Assembly: GCA_964617195.1 (NCBI GenBank)
Contig: CAZTVK010000019.1
Coordinates: 144,793-208,792, forward strand
DNA from: an uncultured Methanosarcinales archaeon
GTDB lineage: Archaea; Nanobdellota; Nanobdellia; Woesearchaeales; ARS49
Direction of reading: 5' to 3'
DNA: 64,000 nucleotides
Part shown: piece after piece, positions 9,165-17,596 of the stretch
Position numbering within the stretch: the first letter of the stretch is position 1
Layout of the letters: every line of letters starts with the position of its first letter
Notes under the pieces: generated by a model
What the model was told of the DNA's origin: nothing
Databases searched by the model: none
The model's input: the letters and a program-made list of their open reading frames with translations, nothing else
Translations under genes and position numbers: made by a program

Positions 9165-10556
9165 ATGGCGTGGTTTGACAAACTACTCAACAATCTGCCT
9201 GAAGTCACTCACCCAACACAGAAAAAACTTTCTTTTAAAGAAAAATTCAAATGGACAGGAATTACGCTTGTACTATTCTTCATCCTCGGGCTTATACCAT
9301 TATTTGGATTGGGACAAAACGCACTGCAACGATTTGAGTTCTTGGCAATCATGCTTGGCGCCAGCTTCGGTAGCATCATCTCACTAGGTATTGGTCCAAT
9401 CGTTACCTCCAGCATAATATTACAACTGCTAAACGGTTCAGGACTGATAAAATTTGACCTAAACACAACAGAAGGCAAAAAAAGATTCACAGGAGTCCAA
9501 AAACTACTCGCAATATTCTTCGTCATCTTTGAAGCAGCAATCTACGTATTCATGGGAGGACTAGCACCACCAGAAGCACTCGCAGGAAGCGGACTATACT
9601 TCCAACTCGAGCTGCTATTAATATTCCAACTCATACTAGGCGGAATCCTCATCATGTTCATGGACGAAATATGCAGCAAATGGGGATTCGGCTCAGGAGT
9701 AAGCCTGTTCATCGTGGCAGGAGTCTCGCAATCATTATTCATAAGACTGCTTTCGCCGCTACCTTCGCCAACCAACCCAGGAGTCGCGACAGGAGCAGTA
9801 CCAGCACTATTCCAAAGCCTGGCTGCCGGAGACCCGCAAACAGCACTTCTCATGATCGCAGGAATATTATCAACCGCAGTTGTCTTTTGCCTAGCGGTCT
9901 ATGCGCAAGCAATGAAAGTAGAGATTCCATTATCATTCGGACGCGTCAGAGGACACGGCATCAGATGGCCACTAAACTTCATCTACACATCAGTCATGCC
10001 AATTATTCTCACTGGCGCACTACTGGCTAACATACAATTATGGGCAAGACTATTCCAAAACTGGGGATTCCCAATATTCGGAACATTCGCAGGGAACTCT
10101 CCCGCAACCGGACTAGTAGCCTGGGTCACACCACCAGACCTACTCGGCAACGCCATCAGGGGCGGCTTAACACTCGGCACAGTCTTCCAAGGAATCACGT
10201 ACACTGTCGTTCTCATAATAGGTGCAGTGGTATTTTCATGGTTCTGGGTGCAAACCGCAGGCATGGACGCAAGAAGCCAAGCAAAACAAATGATGAAATC
10301 AGGACTCCACATACCAGGATTCAGAAAAGATGAAAGAGTCCTTGAAAGACTATTAGAAAGATACATATCACCACTCACAATCATGGGAGCAATCGTAATA
10401 GGACTGCTCTCAGGCATAGCAGACATAAGCGGAGCACTAACAAACGGAACATCACTCTTAATGAGCGTCATGATCATCTACAGACTATACGAAGACATAG
10501 CCAAACAACACATGATGGATATGAACCCCATGCTCCGCAAATTCATGGGAGGATAA
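9165..10556 (+). CDS. secY: preprotein translocase subunit SecY
   Basis: 463 aa, 10 TM helices, conserved position after rpl15. Confidence 0.95.
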   Translation: MAWFDKLLNNLPEVTHPTQKKLSFKEKFKWTGITLVLFFILGLIPLFGLGQNALQRFEFLAIMLGASFGSIISLGIGPIVTSSIILQLLNGSGLIKFDLNTTEGKKRFTGVQKLLAIFFVIFEAAIYVFMGGLAPPEALAGSGLYFQLELLLIFQLILGGILIMFMDEICSKWGFGSGVSLFIVAGVSQSLFIRLLSPLPSPTNPGVATGAVPALFQSLAAGDPQTALLMIAGILSTAVVFCLAVYAQAMKVEIPLSFGRVRGHGIRWPLNFIYTSVMPIILTGALLANIQLWARLFQNWGFPIFGTFAGNSPATGLVAWVTPPDLLGNAIRGGLTLGTVFQGITYTVVLIIGAVVFSWFWVQTAGMDARSQAKQMMKSGLHIPGFRKDERVLERLLERYISPLTIMGAIVIGLLSGIADISGALTNGTSLLMSVMIIYRLYEDIAKQHMMDMNPMLRKFMGG

Positions 10557-11297
10557 ATGACATTCCTAGACCCATTATTTGACACAGCATTCGGATTCAT
10601 GCTCAACTGGTCACCGCTTCTTGCAATACTCGTGCTGTCATTCATAATTTCTCTTATTATCGTTCTCGCCTACAAATGGCTGACAGACCAAAAAGAAATG
10701 AAACGATTGAAAGACGAACTTTCTGTACGCCAGAAAAAAATGAAAGAGCTCAAAAGCGAGCCTGAGAAGCTCATGAAAGCGCAAAAAGAAGCCATGAGCA
10801 TCAACATGCAATACATGACGAAAAGCATGAAACCAACACTCATAACATTCATTCCGATAATACTGATCTTTGGCTGGATGAACGCGCATTTTGCCTACGA
10901 GCCTCTAATGCCGAACGAAGAGTTTACGCTTACTGCCAACTTTGAAAAAGAAATAACTGGAAGTGTTACCGTAACTGTGCCAGAAGGACTTGAAGTTGTT
11001 GGAGAATCCACACGAGAAATCAAGGATAAAACTGCCGTATTCAAACTAAAAGGAACAGAAGGAGAATATTACGCCACACTATCCAGCAATGAACAGGAAG
11101 TAGACAAGAATATCATCATTACAACCGAAAGAAGATATGCCGCTGCGCTTGAAACATACAAAAACGACGTTTTCACAACAGCACAACTAGGAAATGAGAC
11201 TTTGAAAGTCTTCTGGAAAATCAATTGGTTCTGGGCATACATCATATTTGCAATACTATTCAGCATTGTGTTAAGAAAAGTGATGAAAGTATACTAA
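10557..11297 (+). CDS. DUF106 / EMC3-TMCO1-like (Oxa1 superfamily) membrane protein with ~110-aa extracytoplasmic insert
   Basis: TM1 – Lys/Glu coiled coil ('KEMKRLKDELSVRQKKMKELKSEPEKLMKAQKEAM') – TM2 – soluble insert – TM3; start 1 nt after secY stop. Confidence 0.55.
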   Translation: MTFLDPLFDTAFGFMLNWSPLLAILVLSFIISLIIVLAYKWLTDQKEMKRLKDELSVRQKKMKELKSEPEKLMKAQKEAMSINMQYMTKSMKPTLITFIPIILIFGWMNAHFAYEPLMPNEEFTLTANFEKEITGSVTVTVPEGLEVVGESTREIKDKTAVFKLKGTEGEYYATLSSNEQEVDKNIIITTERRYAAALETYKNDVFTTAQLGNETLKVFWKINWFWAYIIFAILFSIVLRKVMKVY

Positions 11298-11307
11298 TTT
11301 TCTACAT

Positions 11308-11348
11308 CGGAAATCCACAAGATTGAATATTAATGCTGGATTTCCGAA
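11308..11348. repeat. inverted repeat TCGGAAATCCA-N19-TGGATTTCCGA downstream of DUF106 gene
   Basis: 11-bp perfect arms read directly; followed by second palindrome TTGGCG-N10-CGCCAA (11375-11396) and T6 run (11412-11417). Confidence 0.6.
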
Positions 11349-11459
11349 TGTGCTCAAAAATCGCGTATACTATTTGGCGACTTATATGCCGCCAACATGC
11401 AAAAAGGCGATTTTTTACATATAGAAAATAATTAAATGATAGCGACGATAAACCACACC

Positions 11460-11490
11460 CACTATATAAATCAAAAAGTATTTAAATGAA
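11460..11490 (+). promoter_or_regulatory. putative TATA/BRE elements for tbp ('cactatataaatc', 'agtatttaaatg')
   Basis: AT-rich TATA-like octamers 40-70 nt upstream of tbp ATG; SD-like 'gggggat' 8 nt before ATG. Confidence 0.35.
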
Positions 11491-11532
11491 GTCTGTTTTT
11501 AAAGGCTTAAGCGCACATCGGGGGGATTTTAA

Positions 11533-12096
11533 ATGGCAAAAGCTGAAAAAAGTTCTAAACGAGAAATAAGAGTAGTAAACATCGTTGTATCAGCATCACT
11601 CGGACACGACATACCGCTCGAAAAAATGGCAGCAACCCTTTCAAACACCGAATACAACCCAGAACAATTCCCAGGACTGGTTATTCGCATCAAAGAGCCT
11701 AAAACTTCAGCACTTATTTTCAGCTCAGGCAAAATAGTCTGCACAGGAGCCCGCACAATGGCAAACGTGCACGAAAGCATCCGCAAAATAATCAAGTCCC
11801 TTGAAAAAATCAACGTCAAAATCAAGGAATTCCCAGAAGTCAAAATACAAAACATAGTAGCGTCAGGAAGCGTCGGAATGGACTTGAACCTGAACATCCT
11901 CGCGATGAAGCTGGAAAACACCGAGTACGAACCAGAACAATTCCCAGGACTCGTCTACAAACTACCAGAACAAAAAGCAACATTCTTGCTGTTCTCAAAC
12001 GGAAAAGTCGTGTGCACCGGAACAAAATCAGAAGAAGAAGTCAACAAAGCACTCGACAAGCTCATCGAGAACCTGAAGAAGATAAAGCAGAAATAA
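11533..12096 (+). CDS. tbp: TATA-box binding protein
   Basis: Two direct repeats 'NIVVSASLGHDIPLEKMA...NPEQFPGLVIRIKEPK' / 'NIVASGSVGMDLNLNILA...EPEQFPGLVYKLPEQK'. Confidence 0.95.
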   Translation: MAKAEKSSKREIRVVNIVVSASLGHDIPLEKMAATLSNTEYNPEQFPGLVIRIKEPKTSALIFSSGKIVCTGARTMANVHESIRKIIKSLEKINVKIKEFPEVKIQNIVASGSVGMDLNLNILAMKLENTEYEPEQFPGLVYKLPEQKATFLLFSNGKVVCTGTKSEEEVNKALDKLIENLKKIKQK

Positions 12097-12114
12097 TTTT
12101 CTTTTTTATTCTTT
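12097..12114 (+). terminator. oligo-T terminator after tbp ('ttttcttttttattcttt')
   Basis: T-rich run immediately after tbp stop; archaeal intrinsic termination signal. Confidence 0.4.
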
Positions 12115-12171
12115 AACTTCCTCGACGATAAACTCCATCGGAAACGGCAGGGTATATAACTCTACCACCAT

Positions 12172-12188
12172 AAACCTTTTTAATATAC
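12172..12188 (+). promoter_or_regulatory. BRE/TATA for mcm ('aaaccttttTAATATA')
   Basis: Consensus-like BRE+TATA ~30 nt upstream of mcm ATG. Confidence 0.4.
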
Positions 12189-12216
12189 GCTGTTCTCGCA
12201 CTTTTGGGGTTGGTAA

Positions 12217-14229
12217 ATGGACGCGGCAACACTTATTTCAAAAATGCAAGAATTTCTAGAGAAAAACTACTACGACCAACTACTAGAACGAATACGAAAA
12301 GGAGAAAAAAGCGCAACACTCGCATTCGCACACCTAGCCCTGTTTGACCCAGAACTAGCAGACATGCTGTTAGACCAGCCAGAAGAAGTCCTCAAAGCAG
12401 GAGAACTCGCAGTAGAACAACTAAACCTCGGCAAAGAAGTAAAAGGATTCATACTCAGATTCAAAACACTGCCCGCAAGCGCAATGGTTCTGATACGACA
12501 AGTCAGAAGCAAAAACCTCAACAAGCTCCTAACATTTGACGGCGTTGTAAGAAACAAAAGCGAAGTAAGACCGCAAGTAGCAAGCGCAAGATTCGAATGC
12601 CCAAGCTGCGGAAACGTCTTCAACATCTTACAATTGGATACGAAATTCCAAGAACCAACAAGATGCAGCTGCGGAAGAAAAGGCAAATTCAAAATGGTAA
12701 GCAAAGAATTGAACGACGCCCAAATGATGGTGCTGGAAGAAGTCCCAGAACAACTAGACGGCGGAGAACAACCAAAAAGAATGAACGTCCTGCTCACAAA
12801 CGACCTCGTCTCACCACTAACGGAAAAACGCACCAACCCAGGCGCGCGAGTCCAAGTGGTAGGACAAGTCAAAGAAGTACCGATATTCCTAAGAACAGGA
12901 GGACAAAGCACCAAGTTTGACCTCTTCATAGAAGCAAACCATCTCGAGCCAGTAGAAGAAGATTACAGCGAAATCAACATTTCACCAGAAGAACTCAAAC
13001 AAATCAAAGACCTCGCCAAAGACCCTGCCTTAATGAAAAAAATAGTAGGCTCAATGGCGCCAAGCATCTACGGCCATGAAAAAATCAAAGAAGCGCTCGC
13101 ACACCAACTAGCCGGCGGAGTCAGAAAAAAACGAGATGACGGAGTGATTACTAGAGGAGACATTCATATTCTGCTCGTCGGAGACCCAGGCGCGGCAAAA
13201 TCACAAATGCTCAAAAGAATGCAGTTCGTAGCCCCAAAAGCAAGATATGTAACAGGAAAAGGAGCAAGTGGCGCAGGACTCAGCGCGGCAGTAGTTAAAG
13301 ATGAATTCCTACAAGGCTGGAGCCTGGAAGCAGGAGCACTTGTACTTGCAAACAAAGGACTCTGCTGCATAGACGAACTTGACAAAATGACAAAAGAAGA
13401 CGGGTGGGCAATGCACGAAGCACTCGAACAACAAACCATTACTATCAGCAAAGCAAACATCCAAGCAACGCTCCGATGCGAAACCACAGTCCTTGCAGCA
13501 GCCAACCCAAAATTTGGAAGGTTCGACCCCTACGACACGGTTGCAAACCAAATAAACCTGGCGCCAACACTCATCAACAGATTTGACTTAATCTTCCCAA
13601 TCAAAGATGTGCCAGACCAAGTAAAAGACGAAAAAATGGCACAATTCATACTCCTACTCCACCAAAACAACGTAGAAAAACCAGAAATAGAAACAAAACT
13701 CCTCAGAAAATACCTCGCATTCTCAAGACAAAACATTTTCCCGAAACTGACTGACGCAGCCATAGAAGAACTCAGAGAATATTACCTCAAAATGCGCGCA
13801 TCAGTAACCGGAGAAGGAGTTAAATCAGTCCCAATCTCAGCCAGACAACTAGAAGGACTCGTAAGACTCTCAGAAGCAAGCGCAAGACTGCGCCTCAGCG
13901 ACAAAGTCACCAAAAAAGACGCAAGAAAAGCAATCGAACTCATGGATTACTGCCTAAGACTAGTTGCCTTTGACGAAAAAACAGGAACGTTTGACGTCGA
14001 CAGAATAGCAACCGACATGCCTGCAAGCAGCCGAAACAAAATAATCGTGATGAAAGAACTCATCGGCGAGTTAGAAGCCAAACTGGGCAAAGTCATCCCG
14101 GTAGAAGAAATCATCAGAGCATCATCAGAAAAAGACATGACGGAATCAGAAGTCGAAGAAATACTACAAAAATTAAAACGCGCAGGAGACATATTCGAGC
14201 CAAGAAGAGGCTTCATCAGCAAAATCTAA
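12217..14229 (+). CDS. mcm: MCM replicative helicase
   Basis: Zn finger 'CPSCGN...CSCGRKG', Walker A 'GDPGAAKSQ', Walker B 'CCIDELDKM', C-terminal wH; 670 aa, no intein. Confidence 0.95.
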   Translation: MDAATLISKMQEFLEKNYYDQLLERIRKGEKSATLAFAHLALFDPELADMLLDQPEEVLKAGELAVEQLNLGKEVKGFILRFKTLPASAMVLIRQVRSKNLNKLLTFDGVVRNKSEVRPQVASARFECPSCGNVFNILQLDTKFQEPTRCSCGRKGKFKMVSKELNDAQMMVLEEVPEQLDGGEQPKRMNVLLTNDLVSPLTEKRTNPGARVQVVGQVKEVPIFLRTGGQSTKFDLFIEANHLEPVEEDYSEINISPEELKQIKDLAKDPALMKKIVGSMAPSIYGHEKIKEALAHQLAGGVRKKRDDGVITRGDIHILLVGDPGAAKSQMLKRMQFVAPKARYVTGKGASGAGLSAAVVKDEFLQGWSLEAGALVLANKGLCCIDELDKMTKEDGWAMHEALEQQTITISKANIQATLRCETTVLAAANPKFGRFDPYDTVANQINLAPTLINRFDLIFPIKDVPDQVKDEKMAQFILLLHQNNVEKPEIETKLLRKYLAFSRQNIFPKLTDAAIEELREYYLKMRASVTGEGVKSVPISARQLEGLVRLSEASARLRLSDKVTKKDARKAIELMDYCLRLVAFDEKTGTFDVDRIATDMPASSRNKIIVMKELIGELEAKLGKVIPVEEIIRASSEKDMTESEVEEILQKLKRAGDIFEPRRGFISKI

Positions 14230-15326
14230 GATTCAGATGGAGCGGACTGCTGAACTGCGGAAATCTGAGCCCAAGTATCACAAGAAGTCTTCATATAAGA
14301 ATTCTTAATCTCACTGCACACGGAAAAATCATTCTTGTAAGCAAACGTGATAAAACAACCATCACGCAAATCACTATTCACAACACGCGCACACGGCTCC
14401 TTATTCTCACCAGCCTCGGCAACATCACTCAAACAACCATCAATATAAGAACGCTGAACCAAAGAATCACACAACTCAACAGCACCATTAATATCAGACT
14501 TGGCAAGCTCTTTAGCCTTCAATTTAATCTCATCAGGACTAACGGGACGCTCACTACAGTCAAGCATACACGAAGACTTGCTCTCACCAGCCTCACACTC
14601 TCCATTACCACAACAAGGAATCACAGGATTATTCCTGCAAACACCCTGAACGCACGTGTCATCAGTACAAAAATTCAAATCATCACAACCACCAGGACAA
14701 GTCAACTGCAATTCACGCGCGACCTCCTCCGCCTCTCTCTTCAAAGATTCAACAGGAACAGCAGGCTGTTCAACACGCTCAACAACAGAAAAACTGCTGG
14801 ACGCTTGCTCAGACTTGCCCTTATACGAAACTCTGACAAAAACCCTGTAATCACCAATCACCGCATCAGAAGGAAGCCGAACAGAAACAGGAACACTCAC
14901 CTGAGTAACAACGCTGAACTCCTCAGTCTTAGAAGCAACCCTTCCAGCAGGACCTAAAACCTCAAAATCAATCAAACCATCAACCTTTTTCCCGCCAGGA
15001 TTCCTAATATCAGTATTCACAACAACCTCCTGACCAGGCGCGACCTCAGTGCTGAACAAATTAACAGAAACCTCAAGCTGAACAGGAGGAGCCTGCAACA
15101 ATTTCAACAACAAAAGAGCCGCAGCACTCGCGAACAAAATAATCACGAAAGCAACAATCAAAGGCTTGCCACCAATCCTTTTCGCAGGAGCACCAGAAGC
15201 ACGCATCGCGGCATCAACATCATAAGGAGAATACCCAGCGTTCAGCAAAGTCGTCCTAATAGAACCAGAATCATACCCCTGCTCGAGCAAACGACGAATA
15301 TACTCAACTAAACCCTGCTGCACCAT
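14226..15326 (-). CDS. bitopic membrane protein: cytoplasmic N-domain, TM, CARDB-like beta domain, Cys-rich (EGF/disintegrin-like) region
   Basis: TM 'LIVAFVIILFASAAALLLL'; 'VVNTDIRNPGGKK' CARDB-like; 'CPGGCDDLNFCTDDTCVQGVCRNNPVIPCCGNGECEAG'. Confidence 0.5.
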   Translation of the reverse strand: MVQQGLVEYIRRLLEQGYDSGSIRTTLLNAGYSPYDVDAAMRASGAPAKRIGGKPLIVAFVIILFASAAALLLLKLLQAPPVQLEVSVNLFSTEVAPGQEVVVNTDIRNPGGKKVDGLIDFEVLGPAGRVASKTEEFSVVTQVSVPVSVRLPSDAVIGDYRVFVRVSYKGKSEQASSSFSVVERVEQPAVPVESLKREAEEVARELQLTCPGGCDDLNFCTDDTCVQGVCRNNPVIPCCGNGECEAGESKSSCMLDCSERPVSPDEIKLKAKELAKSDINGAVELCDSLVQRSYIDGCLSDVAEAGENKEPCARVVNSDLRDGCFITFAYKNDFSVCSEIKNSYMKTSCDTWAQISAVQQSAPSES

Positions 15327-15432
15327 CTTTTCAATAAAATGTGAACTAGTCGGTATTTAAACCTTCCCAAGAGTATAATCTAACAATTCCACCCTAATAA
15401 AAATTATATACCATTCATTCAACAAAAATACC

Positions 15433-15951
15433 ATGGAACAGAAACCAACAGCAATACCAGTATGGATATCAGAACTGCTTAGCGGAAGCTTCACACAACA
15501 AGAAGACTCACCAAGCGCGATAATCCTCCAAGACGGCAGAACAGTGCAACGCGTACGCCTTTACGGAATCATCGTATCAACAAACGAAATAGTAATAGAC
15601 GACGGAACAGGAAGCATGCTAGTCAGAACCTTTGAAACACCCATCAATACACAAGTCGGAGCCCCTGCACTAGTAATAGGAAGACCACGCACGTACGACG
15701 GCCAACCATACATTCTCGGAGAAATCATAAAAACAATACACCCCGGATGGCTCCAACTAAGAAAACAACAAAAACCAGCAAAAACAGAAAACCCCCTGGA
15801 CATAGTACGCACGCTAGACACAGGAGAAGGAGCAGAATACGATGAAGTCATAAAACGCATAGGAACAAAAGGAGAAGAAACAATCGTACACCTCCTCTCA
15901 ACAGGAGAACTCTTCGAAACAAAACCAGGAAAACTAAAAATACTAGAATAA
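15433..15951 (+). CDS. OB-fold plus C-terminal winged-helix protein (RPA32/Stn1-like?)
   Basis: OB-like 'VRLYGIIVSTNEIVIDDGTGSMLV' and wH-like C-terminus; identity tentative. Confidence 0.35.
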   Translation: MEQKPTAIPVWISELLSGSFTQQEDSPSAIILQDGRTVQRVRLYGIIVSTNEIVIDDGTGSMLVRTFETPINTQVGAPALVIGRPRTYDGQPYILGEIIKTIHPGWLQLRKQQKPAKTENPLDIVRTLDTGEGAEYDEVIKRIGTKGEETIVHLLSTGELFETKPGKLKILE

Positions 15952-16803
15952 AGAAGGCGTAACGAACACTTCAACAACAGCAGCGACAAACAAAATCATC
16001 ACCGCCAACAAGACAAGATCAGAAACGTCCAACAACACCTTCTCAAACTTTCCAGTGCCAAAATCATGCTTCACAATAGCCACAGACAAAATACCGCCAG
16101 CAAGCCCAGCGACGATGTAAGCGAAAATTTCAGGAATACCATGAATAGCATAACGCAAAACGCTCAAAGAACTAACGTAAAAATACGCACCGACCCTCTC
16201 TAAACCAACCGTATCAGCAAACTTTGCCATATGAGTACGAACAAAATTGCCAACAGCAGCACCAATAACACTGGAATTCCAAGTCAAAATAAAAATCGCG
16301 CCAGAACCATACAAAAAGCTGAACAAAATGCAAAAAATCATGACTTTGATGTTATTCAGAAAAATTTTGCTCAACAAAGAAGTCTGCGTAATCTTGCCAG
16401 TAACGTGCTGGTTCAAATTCGAAATAGTCTGCGCCTGAACACGAAACAAACCCGAAGCCATATCAGAAGGCAGAGCCAAATACCAAAAAGAATACGCAAC
16501 AGACATGCCAACAAACAACATCAAGTAGAACAACAGGGCAGGCGCGTGCTGGCGCAACAAAGACTGCCCTTCAACAGCAGAAATATCCTTATGCTCTTCA
16601 AAACGCATCGTATGATACATCAGAGGAAGCGCAGCCAGACTAGCCAGAAACACCATCACCATACTGCTCTGCTCCTCAAAAATCCACATAGACAGGAAGA
16701 TTGCGAGCGTTGCATACGCTCCACCCAGCAAGAAAACAGCAAAAGGATGGCTTTCAGCGCGCGGAGGAGTCATTAACGATTCGAGTACCATCTTTTTCAA
16801 CAT
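15943..16803 (-). CDS. SpoIIM-like / DUF95 family integral membrane protein
   Basis: 286 aa, 6-7 TM, topology and conserved Gly/Tyr pattern typical of stage II sporulation protein M family in archaea. Confidence 0.5.
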   Translation of the reverse strand: MLKKMVLESLMTPPRAESHPFAVFLLGGAYATLAIFLSMWIFEEQSSMVMVFLASLAALPLMYHTMRFEEHKDISAVEGQSLLRQHAPALLFYLMLFVGMSVAYSFWYLALPSDMASGLFRVQAQTISNLNQHVTGKITQTSLLSKIFLNNIKVMIFCILFSFLYGSGAIFILTWNSSVIGAAVGNFVRTHMAKFADTVGLERVGAYFYVSSLSVLRYAIHGIPEIFAYIVAGLAGGILSVAIVKHDFGTGKFEKVLLDVSDLVLLAVMILFVAAVVEVFVTPSLF

Positions 16804-16836
16804 TAATTCGCATCTTTGGCTTTAAATATCTTTCCT

Positions 16837-16873
16837 ACGAAAACATTTATATATAGTTCGGGCGTTTTCTCGT
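16837..16873. promoter_or_regulatory. inverted repeat ACGAAAAC-N19-GTTTTCtCGT enclosing TATA box 'atttatatata' of aIF2-beta gene
   Basis: read directly; 3 nt upstream of ATG 16877. Confidence 0.5.
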
Positions 16874-16876
16874 CTT

Positions 16877-17287
16877 ATGGAATACGAAAAACTGCTCAAA
16901 CGAGCAAGAGAACGACTGCCACAGAGCGTCTTTGAAAAAGAAAGATTTGAGATACCAAAAGCACGCGGTCACCTAGAAGGCAACAAAACAATAATCACCA
17001 ACTTCATCCAGATAGCCAACGTCCTACGCAGACCACAGGACCACATGCTCAAATACGTGCTCAAAGAACTCGCCACGCCAGGAGAAATAAACAGATCAGG
17101 ACTCCTAGTCCTAGGAGCAAAACTCGCAGCAAGCAGAATCAATGAAAAAGTAAGACAATACGCACACGAATTCGTACTCTGCCCAGACTGCGGAAAGCCA
17201 GACACTGAAATCAAAAAAGACGGAGACTTCAGCTTCCTCAAATGCAGCGCGTGCGGAAGCAAACACCCGGTGAAATCTAAAATATGA
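16877..17287 (+). CDS. eif2b: translation initiation factor 2 subunit beta (aIF2-beta)
   Basis: 'VLCPDCGKPDTEIKKDGDFSFLKCSACGS' zinc ribbon and aIF2b N-helix. Confidence 0.92.
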   Translation: MEYEKLLKRARERLPQSVFEKERFEIPKARGHLEGNKTIITNFIQIANVLRRPQDHMLKYVLKELATPGEINRSGLLVLGAKLAASRINEKVRQYAHEFVLCPDCGKPDTEIKKDGDFSFLKCSACGSKHPVKSKI

Positions 17288-17583
17288 TGCTGGTAAGAGT
17301 TCACAGAAAAGAACACAGAGCAATAATATCTGTATGCGACAAAGAACTTCTCGGACAACTATTTGAAGAAAACGGAAAACAACTCGACATAACAGGAGAC
17401 TTCTACAAAGGATCAGAAAAAGACATACAAGAAATAGGAGACTTGATGAGAAACTCAGATGGAGTAAACCTAGTAGGAAAAGAATCAATAGAACTAGGAC
17501 TACAAGAAGGAGTAATAGAACAAAAACAAGTTCTCACAATAAAAGGAATACCACACGCACAAGCAGTGCTGATACACGAATAA
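17284..17583 (+). CDS. DUF424 family protein (conserved partner of aIF2-beta)
   Basis: 'VCDKELLGQLFEENGKQLDITGDFYKGSE...TIKGIPHAQ'; 4-nt overlap with eif2b. Confidence 0.55.
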   Translation: MMLVRVHRKEHRAIISVCDKELLGQLFEENGKQLDITGDFYKGSEKDIQEIGDLMRNSDGVNLVGKESIELGLQEGVIEQKQVLTIKGIPHAQAVLIHE

Positions 17584-17596
17584 TTAGTATAACACG

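Noticed and set aside
11298-11532. tRNA or other structured RNA gene in the larger intergenic gaps (also 27077-27305, 35013-35160, 42990-43125)
   Set aside because: No T-loop 'GGTTCRAATCC' or D-loop signatures and no cloverleaf-compatible sequence were found. These are presumed regulatory or UTR regions.
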